DNA of 41,106 nt, from contig NW_014577061.1 of assembly GCF_000485595.1 (NCBI RefSeq), positions 941,633 to 982,738 of the forward strand. The letters run 5' to 3'. A program made the position numbers and the translations under genes. This document shows, one piece after another, positions 1 to 9,891 of the stretch. The number at the start of each line of letters is the position of its first letter. Within the stretch, counting starts at the first letter, position 1. The notes beneath the pieces are model-generated. The model made no database searches. It worked only from the letters and a program-made list of their open reading frames with translations, and had not been told where the DNA came from. Source of the DNA: Priapulus caudatus (taxonomy: Eukaryota).

Positions 1-624
1 CTGTAGCAAGGTTAAGTCATGTAGAAGGGAACCGTAGGTTTTTTTTCGCGCAATATGCGGCGTACGGGCCGCATTCGCAGCGCATGCATTTGCATGCGAT
101 CTCGCGAAATTTCAATGAACCCCGTTCTCCCAATATAACCCTCACCAAAATATAAAAAGGCTTTAAATATATAGCTATATATTTAACTGTCGCCGTGCAC
201 AGCACACGACCCCTGTGTATATATTTTATTGAAACGCTTCAAGTGCCTGTGCCAGTGGCAGTGGTTGAAACAATGAAAGCTTGCTTCGTCGCTCAGTGAC
301 GTCACAGTTTCGACTGTACAAAATTTAATTAATTTTGTTTTTATTTTTAATACTAATAGCAGGGTTACTCGGTTAGGGTTATTTTTTAGAGTTATGGTTA
401 GGGTTAGGGTTAGGGTCACAATGCACCTTAAAACAAGAACTTGAATAAAGAACTGCAGGACTGTAGTTGTTTAACAATTGGTCAATGTTCACTTGTTTGT
501 TGATATTTTGAGTTTCGATGAGTTGAACTACTTCAACTAGTTCAGTAAGCCGGGCTAGTTGATTTTTTTACCTATAAGGTGACGATGTTCGCCACGTTTC
601 TCAGTACTACATACTTGTACTCAC

Positions 625-717
625 ATATTGTGTTAGATCTTGCACAGATCTTGGGTCTGTGCCACAGTCTCTGCTAGTTTGAATAGCAATCTGATTTTCT
701 TGCTTTATATCTGCCAT
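625..717 (-). CDS. HSBP1: Heat shock factor-binding protein 1, first coding exon (rest of the gene not found; probably left of the window)
   Basis: Minus strand reads aaaATG GCA GAT...TAT|gtgagt = MADIKQENQIAIQTSRDCGTDPRSVQDLTQY (31 codons). TDPRSVQDLT matches the HSBP1 motif (human MAETDPKTVQDLTSV, from memory). A consensus phase-0 GTGAGT donor (plus 619-624 actcac) falls where I recall the first human intron. Too short for the ORF track. Confidence 0.82.
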
Positions 718-800
718 TTTCCTGCTGGAGTCGAGAGAGGGCGCGATTCGTGACGTCAGTTTGTCACGTGACGTTATCATGGGTGAACTCAGCTAGGATG
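718..800. promoter_or_regulatory. Probable bidirectional promoter: CRE TGACGTCA (751-758) and extended E-box/CLEAR palindrome GTCACGTGAC (763-772)
   Basis: Both perfect palindromic motifs lie in a short CpG-rich patch 34-55 bp upstream of the HSBP1 ATG. A YY1-like AAAATGGCAG overlaps the HSBP1 start. Bidirectionality is inferred from the divergent ligase gene. Confidence 0.62.
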
Positions 801-842
801 TTCACATTACGGAATTTGTCATCAAATTCTAAGCCTTTCCAG
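775..842 (+). other. Candidate non-coding first exon of the WWP1/ITCH-like gene (5' boundary unknown)
   Basis: The ATG-bearing ligase exon begins with a splice acceptor (8934), so an upstream exon must exist. CAG|GTCTGT at 842/843 is the first plausible donor after the promoter motifs. Inferred only. Confidence 0.35.
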
Positions 843-1312
843 GTCTGTACTGTTATTTCACTAAAAGATAAATTGCTGATTTTATCTACGTGAACCGTGG
901 TGATCTTCTACGGAATCTCACGCATCCTGTTGGTTTCATAATACCACTGTCACTGACAGTGACAATCTTACCACCTTGCTCTGAACACTCGTATCTGAAT
1001 TATTTTGATATTATTAGTAAACAAGCAACTTACCTAGGCCTATTTATAAGCCTTGATGTGTGGTTTGAATGTGCAGTCGGTTACAGCTTAGGTTTAGGTC
1101 TCACATACGTCACACCGAACGTAAACACCCGTATTTATATGATAAACAACCTACTCGGGCTACTGTGTGAGAGGTAGCTAGTCTTATCAAGTTTGCTCCA
1201 TTCTGATTCTGCGAAATCATGTAAAATATCATTTTGCAGAATGCAAACTTATGTGATAAACGTTTATTTATTTCAAAATCGATTATTTATTTAGGGCAGA
1301 CACAAACAATAT

Positions 1313-1530
1313 GAGCGCCTTTTTGGCCCAGTGGTTAGGCCACGTATACTGTCCACTGAAGGCTGTGAGTTCAAACCCTCGGCCGGGGCAGTGAATTTTC
1401 TCAAGGTGTAAAAACCTGGCTCTCAACATTGGAGACTGTGAATCTCCCGTGGCTCAGATGACCACGTAAAATGGCAGTCCCGTCTCCAGTAATACTAAGG
1501 CCAATGGGGACGTAAAAGAACCACTGAGGG
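1313..1530 (+). mobile_element. tRNA-derived SINE with V/Meta-like central domain (3' end not resolved)
   Basis: Pol III A box TGGCCCAGTGG (1324-1334) and B box GTTCAAACC (1369-1377). These are followed by CAGATGACCACGTAAAATGGCAGTCCCGT...GGACGTAAAAGAACC, which resembles V/Meta SINE cores. No intact cloverleaf. Confidence 0.68.
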
Positions 1531-2118
1531 TGCAAAAAAACTGGATGTGACCACCCTCAGTGCCATTTGGCTAAAAGGTTAACTACCTGGCTTTACCCAA
1601 GCTAGGTCACACCCCATGGCTAGCGATAGCCCTGTACGTTTATTCCTTACGGAATGGCCCTGCGAATTATCCACGTAACCGTGGGCTACGCAGTAAAATA
1701 TCCAGATCCAGCTGCCAATAACTAGCACAGGACAATTATGCCCAATAATTAATGTAGTGGACCTAGGGTGGCCACAACTCGGCAGCATTTTACAGGTGTT
1801 CATTTAACACGTGTAATTTATTTGTTTCGGGATAATTTTTTGCTCCCACCCTGAAGGCAGGACGGCGATGCACAGTCTTTATATGTTTAAATACGCTCTA
1901 GGTAACTTTTATTTACGGTTATAAAAATAAGATAGGTTGAGAGTATCTACGTGTTGACGTTTTATTTAAATTTTTCTAATATGTATATATTATGTATAAA
2001 AATCCTGTGGTTCCTGGACGACGATCGATGCATTGTTTGTTCATTTTTCCCATTGTTGTTGTTGTCGTTCAACTGAGCTTGTGGATGAACTAACTCGGTG
2101 GTTGTAGTCGATCAGTAA

Positions 2119-3505
2119 AGCCCGGCGCACATTGCCGAACATTTTGCTCAAAAACATTATCGTAGCAATGTTCCCTGAAATGTTCGGCAATGTGCGGTGA
2201 AAGAAGTCGCCGAACATTTGTTCCGAACAATGTTTCTGAAGATCGGAAATGTTTGATATCTCGATCATTGTTCGTCGAATGTTCGTCAATGTGCGCTGAA
2301 TGTCGAACAATTCTAGGAACATTTGTAAAGTAGTAACCAATAGCAGCACGATATGTGGTCACATGATTTTTGTGTACAATATGGCGTCTGCTATATCGCT
2401 GCCAGAAGTGTGGACTTTTGAAAAGGAAGTAGATTTAGGCCCAGCAACAAAAAAATACCTTTGGTCGTGGGCACATGGATGGAAAATTAAGGTCCGGTAG
2501 GGTAAGTCATAACATTTTTTTTTTTTTTTTTTTTTTGCCAAAAAAATCATGGGTAAGGGCAGGAAATTAAGATTTTTTTTTCACAAGTTGACCAATAAGG
2601 TATACAGCTTGGAATGCAGGCGCCACGAGATGCAAATGACTTGCAGTTTGCATGTACCATTGCCTTGCAAGTCATGACATTGGTTTTCATAAATTGAACG
2701 CACAGTCGTTTACTGGTGTCCGTGTACTGGTAGTTCGTGTCGGTAACTGGATAGTTAGTGTTAGGAATCGCGTCCAAAAAACGGAGCTTGATTAATCGTC
2801 ACCATTGAACAAGCGAGTAACCGAACGTGTCAAACGCTCTGCGGCCCGCGTATAGCAACGAAGCATGTCGTATACTCATATAAGTACGCGATCGACGCGT
2901 ACCATCAAAGCTGCGCTGCGCCATACGACCCTTCAGGCTCGTGTTTATGAAGTAGCCCGCCGCCCCGGCCCAGGTCTATACGACCTGTTCAACGTTGTAG
3001 GATTGCTAGAAAACCGTAGGTAGGATCGTTTCACTTCGCGGCCAACCGAAGTTCTGTTATAAAGTATTTTGAACCTCTCCTTAGGTAAATAAAATGACAA
3101 GAGTCGGATATTTGAATATGTATGATCGGCAGGCGGTATCTTTGAATTTTATTTTTTCTTGAAACCCTCTAAAAGTGACCGCAGTCGCACATTTTATCAC
3201 TCCGAAATGTGAAGTCGGGCGGGTGACCCGAACCAAAGGTAATTTTTAGGTCGGCCTTATGGTCGAAATGGGGGGGGGGGCGGCAGCTCTGTTTAAAATT
3301 AGTAAAGTTGTTAAAATTCTCTTGTGCAAACTGGGCATCGCCATTTACGCCGATCACGTGACTCTTTACAACACAACGAGGTTGTTCGCTGCAAAATGTT
3401 CAGCAATGTGCGCTCAGCAATTGTTCACCCGCACATTGCCAGACTAAAACATTTGTTCGGACGAACATTTGTTCGGGAAAATGTTCGTCAATGTTGCGCC
3501 AGGCT
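2119..3505. mobile_element. Non-autonomous PIF/Harbinger-type DNA transposon with decayed Myb/MADF-like ORF start
   Basis: Left end AGCCCGGCGCACATTGCCGAACATTTT versus reverse complement of right end AGCCTGGCGCAACATTGACGAACATTTT. TAA TSD at 2116-2118 and 3506-3508. Many subterminal GCACATTG/CGAACATT repeats. ATG at 2381 gives MASAISLPEVWTFEKEVD..VEM, like the WxxExExxLIExW start of Harbinger Myb/MADF proteins. Confidence 0.8.
2438..3256. mobile_element. GGCC-ended non-autonomous TIR element nested in the Harbinger element (superfamily uncertain)
   Basis: Left GGCCCAGCAACAAAAAAATACCTTTGGTCGTGGGCAC versus reverse complement of right GGCCGACCTAAAAATTACCTTTGGTTCGGGTCAC. Flanked by TTA on both sides (2435-2437, 3257-3259). 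Confidence 0.7.
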
Positions 3506-3976
3506 TAAGCTCGTGTCCGAATTGATTTTTTACCGGCGGACCGTAGCTCTTCATATAGCTATCTGGCTGGTACGCTGCCAGCCTGGGAGTATCACCCAGC
3601 CTTGCCCAACTCTACCCATGTGACACAGGTGCAGGCTAGTCCCTGGGCAGTGTAACCCCTTGCCTTGCACAGGGGTGGTGCAAGCCCCTGCCTTGCATCT
3701 GGGCGGTGTTGCCCAGTATCTCTTGTTATGGAACTTTTTTTTCATGCACAGTTTTAGTCATTTCTATTTTATAGTAAGAAACTTTATTCTATATTTTATA
3801 ACCATGGCCACATAATTCCTTTCTCCTAAGTTCAGTTAGTGCAGTTAACCGATAGCTGGTGGCTTTAGTAATTCTCCTCCCCTAAAATCGCCATAATAAA
3901 CTATAGATTGTTTCCAAAGTTCTTCAGTATAGTAAACCATGTAATATCTAACATTGTTGTTAACACTGTTGTTTGG

Positions 3977-4027
3977 GTTGTTGTTGTTGTTGTTGTTGGT
4001 GCTGCTGCTGTTGTTGTTGTTGTTGTT
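3977..4027. repeat. (GTT)n/(GCT)n microsatellite
   Basis: Directly visible trinucleotide run. Confidence 0.95.
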
Positions 4028-4876
4028 ATTTGGTGTGCCTCTTCAGGTAGGCTTAATAGATGTAGTGTAAAGTCTATCATCATATTGTAATGCAACTATC
4101 CTGTTACCATGCTTTATAGATCAAACATAAATATGAGCAAAAGTAGGGGGAATAACAAATATAGTAATGCTCCGTATTCTGAAATTAATACGGTCCAGAA
4201 CAAAACTTATATAACCTGAACTTCCATAGTGTGAACCAGGGTTTCTTCTGAGGGAAAATTAGACAATGGTGGTAATGCCCAGTTTGGGGGAAAAATGCAC
4301 ATGATGGATTCAAAGGCGTGCAGTAGGCACGAATGTGGATTCTGCAGGCAGACGCAGGGGGAGAGAGGTAGAGGGGGTTGTGGGGGTCTCCTTCAAACAA
4401 AATTTAACAAATTTGAATGTCTTAGACTGCATTTGATGACCACGTCCGACCGACCTAGTCGGGTAAATGCTTGGTCCGGTCGCATACAACCAAAGTGCTA
4501 GTAGTCCGACTGGTCGTGTTAGAATTGGTCATATATATTTCACTGAAAGGTCACCTCTGGCTAGACTAGTTTGCGGCCGCACTGTTTGTCGCAGAGCGTG
4601 TACATTGTCTAGCAGAGCGTGAGGCCGGATACCAGTCTACCCTTCGGCAAAAACAATAACGTCGCTTGCTGCCAGCCGCAGTAGACGATCGATAAACCGT
4701 GCGCTCGTGTATGCCTGTGGTAGAATACGAATGCTGCACGTGAACTCGGCCCACGCGCGATTTAAAGCACGGGAAACAGCATCTATGAATTCATACGATG
4801 AGTCGATGACACACTCTTATCTAAATAAAGTTTTTCATAACAATGGTCTGTGTCTGGGCTAGTGAAAGTTAGGTCA

Positions 4877-5140
4877 GGCCATCCTTAAAAAATTCTATAT
4901 TTGCTGTCCCCCGACCCATGATTTTTTTAGTGGTAGGTAGGTAGGTTATTTTGTGTGTGTGAGGCATAATAGTTATTTTAAGTCTGTCCTCATGTTTGCC
5001 ACACATGCTTTGTGTTTCAGTCTTAACCATGAAAAATGAAAAAAAAAGAAAAAAAAATATGGAACCCAAAATGTCAAAAAAAAAATTTGGGGTCGCGGCT
5101 ATTTTCGTGGGTCGGTCGGAGGACAGCAAACATATTTTTT
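4877..5140. mobile_element. GGCC-ended TIR element, right end interrupted
   Basis: Left GGCCATCCTTAAAAAATTCTATATTTGCTGTCCCCCGACC pairs with GGTCGGAGGACAGCAAACATATTTTTT (5114-5140). It has the same GGTAGGTAGG/GGTCGG subterminal motifs as 6672-6982. The outermost right TIR bases are missing because another element starts at 5141. Confidence 0.65.
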
Positions 5141-5480
5141 GGCTCACCTTGACATCGTCAAGCTGAGCTATTGCCATGGGTCGTCGTCCGTCGTACGTCT
5201 GTCCGTCCGTCCGTCAACATTTCGCTACGGTCAACAATAACTCAGGAACCGTTTGACCCACATGTTTGAAATTGGGTATAGTTGTTACTGCTATGCTCCC
5301 ATATTAAACGTCCTATTTTGAAGCACGCCAGTCGACGTACTTTCGAGCCACAGCAATTTTTTGGCAAAAATGGGAATTGCGATTAGTCAGTTCAGGTTCA
5401 ACGGATTTTGCTCATTTTTGGTATGTGAATGAATAAGGGCTAGGTGTTTTGATATTTAAAAAAAAATTATGCAAATTAGG
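5141..5480 (+). mobile_element. Helentron-associated (HINE/DINE-1-like) non-autonomous element, 5' part; 3' end not located
   Basis: Starts in a T run with hairpin GCTCACCTTGAC-ATC-GTCAAGCTGAGC (5142-5168), followed by a (GTCC)n/(GTC)n microsatellite and CAACATTT. This is the usual HINE 5' layout. End coordinate is approximate. Confidence 0.6.
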
Positions 5481-6080
5481 TAGGGTTTGGCAATTATATA
5501 GCATATTATATAGACACAAACAGTCTGTGGTGTCACACTTCGTTTACACATCTTCGTTTTACAAGATTTCATTGACAATATCTTTAATGCAAAATTGGTA
5601 TTTCCTCTCCACCCTGCCGATAAAACGTCTATATTAGAGTAAAGTTTTACAAAACATGTCGGAACGCAGCATAACCTATTTATTTCAAACGCCATCGCTA
5701 CAAAGCGGGTATAGCGCCATCTACGGTCACAAATTGTGATTCATTTTGGTTTATAAATTATAAATTATGGTTTATAAACACAGCCGTTATAATTCTTGTA
5801 GTTCTAAGCATGTGATTTTTGTCTAGATAAAACGACCACGAAGAGGGGGCCAGTCGAGATCGGTGAAATATTTTCAGAACTGGCTTTGTAGTTTTTATGA
5901 GTCATCCTGTGGCTTTGTGCTGAATATTTCGAATCTCTTGCAGTTTTGTAGGGTATACGAGGCCCATCCAGTTGATGCATTTGTAGAATAGGGAGGACCA
6001 TCATAAAAGGCCAGGTCTGGGATTTAGTGTCAGCAAAAGAAAGATTGCAGCGTAGCATGGCCAAAGAGCGAGTGGCCTTT

Positions 6081-6402
6081 TTACCTCTGCCAGGGGCTTG
6101 GCGGAGGTTATGTTTTCACCGGTGTGTCTTTGAGTGTTGGTTTGTGGGTTTGTGTGTTACCATGCACGTTTCAGTTCACTTCCGCTAGGTGCGCTGGCTG
6201 TAGACTTACAAACACGCAACCACAGGCTAAGGGCAACCACAGTCCTCCCCCACCTGCACGCTCGCACTAATCCGGATCCAATTAATTATTTAATTAATTA
6301 ATTAATTTTTTCACTTAATTAATTAATTAATTAATAACAAATTTCACATTGAGAGAATTCAGCTGCCTTGGCAGAGGTCTGTGCTCTCCGAGTGCTCTAG
6401 TT
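6081..6402 (+). mobile_element. Complete short Helentron-type (HINE) element
   Basis: Sub-TIR ACCTCTGCCA (6083-6092) has a nearby inverted copy TGGCGGAGGT and a perfect distal inverted copy TGGCAGAGGT (6369-6378). Also a GTTT/GTGT-rich tract, an internal (TAAT)n, and a 3' stem-loop GCTCTCCGAGTGC followed by CTAGTT. Inserted at TT. Confidence 0.75.
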
Positions 6403-6671
6403 ATAAATGTAAAGGGCTGGACACACTAGGCGATTTTTTCTGACAACTAGTTGCGCGACTTTACCGCCCGTTAATTCTAGTGAGACTTGATCGCGCGAGT
6501 CGAGTGGACACATCACGCGATTTTTGACGGCGAGTTCCTACTGCCACCTACCGTGCACTACCGCCACCACGTAAACGAACAAAATGGCAGCGTCCAGTAA
6601 AAAGAAAAAAAAATCAGAAAAAACGGAAAATTGCGATTGCAATGGCAGTTTATGTGCATGGCCAGATGCAA

Positions 6672-6982
6672 GGCCAAAAAAAAAGAAGGTGCGTTTCCGA
6701 TTGCATCGAAAACAAAAGTAGGGTAGGTAGGTGGGGATATTTTTTTTATTTTTTTTTATTTTTTGGTTCCTAATATCCCTCTGATGCATGGTATAATGCA
6801 TGGTGTATTGGTAGGGATAAGTTAGTAAGCAAGTCCAGAACGTGTTTGTAGTAAAAAGTCTCAAGTTTTGTCTGTCAGATTTCAAATGGAAAAAAAAAAG
6901 TTTGAAAAAAAGTTTAGGGTCGGCCCTAATAATCTAGGGACAGTCGGTCGACCGGAAACACACCTATTTTTTTGGTTTGGCC
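6672..6982. mobile_element. GGCC-ended TIR MITE nested in the Harbinger transposase 5' coding region
   Basis: Left GGCCAAAAAAAAAGAAGGTGCGTTTCCGATTG versus reverse complement of right GGCCAAACCAAAAAAATAGGTGTGTTTCCGGTCG. Flanks are CAA and TAA. Confidence 0.75.
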
Positions 6983-6984
6983 TA

Positions 6985-7260
6985 AGAAGAATAAGGAGGT
7001 AAAGAAAACGGTGGGAGAACCGCACCCACTGGGTTAAACCCTGGGTTTGTCGTCGACAGACGTATGGGGTGTTCAACAATTTAATAAATGAATTGACGAC
7101 CGAAGACCACCCCGGTGATTACCTCTCGTACATGAGAATGTCACCGGAGAGTTTTGACGAGCTTCTGGGGATAGTGGGTCCAAGAATAACCAAAGAGGAC
7201 ACTAAATTTAGGCAAGCCAATAGCCCATCTCAGCGGCTAGCAATCATTGAACAACTCTGA
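6985..7260 (+). pseudogene. Harbinger (HARBI1/ALP1-like) DDE transposase, N-terminal fragment
   Basis: RRIRR*RKRWENRTHWVKPWVCRRQTYGVFNNLINELTTEDHPGDYLSYMRMSPESFDELLGIVGPRITKEDTKFRQANSPSQRLAI has the typical WV.PW...RM...FDELL..V.P.I.K.DT..R...P..RLAI signature. In-frame stop at 7000-7002; catalytic core deleted; likely ATG at 6584, left of the nested MITE. Confidence 0.88.
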
Positions 7261-8955
7261 TTGGCTGGTGAATTTTTCAGTCGGGTTAAAGTGATCGACG
7301 AAGTGGACACATTAGGCGACTGAAGTGCGATTGATTAAAAAGTCGCGCGATAATATCAAAACGTTCTGATCGTTGCGATCGAATCGGGTGACCAAGTCGC
7401 CGCTGCAAATCGTCGGTCGCGGTGATGGACACACTAGGCGATTTTGCCAAGCGACTTTACTCGCCCGATTAGATCGCATTAAAAATCGCCTAGTGTGTCC
7501 GGCCCTTAATTGATGTGGGCGTTCCAGCACAGGAACTCAAATATTTGTATGGCAGACTAAGTGACAGCTACTTAAAGTAAAGTAAATAGATAAAGGTTAA
7601 GGGTGAGTTAGACTGGTTAATGCATAGAATTTTTCATTTGTCAGGATTAAAGGTCGTGCCCCAGGTTGAGGGATTAGTTGTTAGGAGTTAGTTAATTTAA
7701 CTCATCATTCAAAACAAGTAAGGATATTCTACAGTGCTACTTGGTCATCCTTACTGTGAATCGTATAGTAAATAACCACATCGGTGAAGAGGCGTATAGA
7801 AGTATAGTTGTTGGTTTCAATTATTAGATTATTAGTAAATGATAAGAATAGTAGCAGGGTCCCAACCACAGAATTTTTTATAAGTATAGACAAAGTGGGT
7901 CTCACTTGTTAGCAGACTTTTTACTGATTACTCCAACACAACAATTACTGCAAAACAAGCGCACTATGCAAATATTTATAGACTTGTACCTATATTGAAA
8001 TGTATACAAAGGTAATTAACCTAGTGTAGAGATCAAAAATTAGGGGCTAGGTTTGTTGACGTATGTAAACAATCTAATTTGAAATGCAGATCAGTGCACA
8101 TGTTGGTGGAAAGCATGCTGTGTGAGTGTTCTATGACATGTTAACATTACTATATACATTTGGTGTTATGCATGGAGTACTGGTATAAGTATCAGAACAG
8201 TTGAGAAAATATGAAAACGGTTGGGAAAAACATGAGAAATCCTTGCTTTAAGACAGATGCAGTATACTTACATGCATGATTCCTGGAACATTTATTTATA
8301 TGATGAAAATAGGTACCCCGGACAGGTAGTTTAGAAATTGGATGGCTTGACCTCTCTGTAGCTGTCTTGACTCATTTACATGGCTATAGATTGCAAGACA
8401 AACGACCATATACTCTAATAAAGTGAAAAGTACTGGTTACAAGCTACATAAACAACTGAAAAATATAGAAGAAGTATGGAAGAAATGTTTGTGTTTTCAC
8501 GTTTCGGCATTGTGTGCTCAGATATTATGATTTATGATCTCTGAATTATTTTTTTTTATCTTTGCTAGAGCTGCAAGTGCAGAGGGTGCTGCGCTTTCTA
8601 GGATTAATTGGATAAAGTCGTGACACTGTGATAAATGTGAGTTTACTATCTGGAGTTTTAGCATTGGAAATACTATATAGTAAGTGGGATTTTTGTGTGT
8701 GTTTGCCATATTGGCATTCGGCATACCTATGCAGATTGGGTTGCATAAATTATGAAAATTGTATAGTATAAGAGAGAATAAATAGTAAATAGTAATTTTT
8801 TGTTATAAATTTCTTGTTTTTGAAAAATACTTACCACAAAGTAAAAGAAAAGTCAATCTTTAAAAAATGGCAAGGTGGCAAGCATATTGTATGAAGTAGC
8901 TATATGTGCATTTACAAATTAACTTATTTTCAGCTTTTCAAAACTAGCCTGAACT

Positions 8956-9007
8956 ATGTCTGTAGACAGCAGTACAACCAAGCTTTATTCTCAGTTAAGT
9001 GTGACTG
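8956..9007 (+). CDS. WWP1: WWP1/ITCH/Su(dx)-like NEDD4-family HECT E3 ubiquitin ligase, first coding exon (whole exon 8934-9007)
   Basis: Acceptor ttattttcag|8934, ATG at 8956, MSVDSSTTKLYSQLSVT+G, donor GTAAGT at 9008. Phase 1 joins the next exon in frame. SQLSVTV matches the SQL.ITV start of the ITCH/WWP C2 domain. The symbol stands for the invertebrate co-ortholog of WWP1/WWP2/ITCH. Confidence 0.85.
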
Positions 9008-9891
9008 GTAAGTGCAACATTTTATTTTAATTTTCATATCATTTGACACCAATTGAAAAGAAAAACATTTCAGCTTCTAGTATTGTTTCCAGATATATTT
9101 ATGCAAAACCTTACTGATTATAATATTGCAAATCTAATTTAATCTAAATTATTAAAAGTCCTTGATCATTAAAACCATCAATACTTTAACAGGGTCTCGT
9201 GTAAAACATTGGACAATGTTGATATTTCAATGGAAAGGAGACGAACGAGTGATGTTAATATTTGTAACGAGCTTTTCTCATTACCAAATGTTACTATATT
9301 GTAACAAAAGACAGTAAAACCTGCATAGATCATAAATTTAGTCACAAATTAATTTTATGGCATTGAAAAAGAAACTTAAAATGAGCAGCTAATACAATCC
9401 CAACTTGACAATCACGTTATGCCTCAGCTTCAGTTAGTGGCAATAAGTTATGCATACCAAAAGACAACACGTTGTTTATAACATTTGTCTCAACACTTTA
9501 ATTACGAGGTAAAATGTTTTAAGTCAACGTAGTCCCAAGTTAATTTTGTGTCTGTTTTAATAGGTGAGTACAAATGCTAGACAATTAAAAATTATCTTGT
9601 GCTAGATTTTATATCCCAGTGTAAATTTCACGGTTAAGCTTGCAAACACCTTTAATATAATCAAGCACCAATCAACACATCATAAATGAAAGTAATTATT
9701 TTATCTCTTGATATTGATAAATTGAAGATTATTCGGTAAGGTAACTTTAACCTGTTATAATTGAAGATAATATTGAAAGCTGTGTTACTGTTCTTGTAGT
9801 ACTGCTATTTATGCTTTGTTGTTGTTGAACATAGTTATACAAAATGGAAGAATTTTAATGATTCACCTCTTATTTTTATCATCTGTGACAG

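Larger units (their letters stand above)
6413..7506 (+). mobile_element. Internally deleted PIF/Harbinger transposon
   Basis: 26-bp TIRs AGGGCTGGACACACTAGGCGATTTTT / AAAAATCGCCTAGTGTGTCCGGCCCT (1 mismatch). TAA TSD at 6410-6412 and 7507-7509. Internal TGGACACA repeats. Carries a transposase remnant. Confidence 0.88.

Noticed and set aside
396..415. TTAGGG x3 as a telomere
   Set aside because: Only three units with degenerate flanks, apparently inside an HSBP1 intron; such short tracts are common within interspersed repeats.
1313..1390. Functional tRNA gene
   Set aside because: A and B boxes are present, but there is no convincing cloverleaf and it runs straight into a SINE-like body.
3526..3727. 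Third Helentron-like element (TTTTTACCGGCGG…CTGGGCGGT…CTCTTGTT)
   Set aside because: The ends are suggestive, but the sub-TIRs match poorly and there is no clear 3' hairpin or microsatellite.
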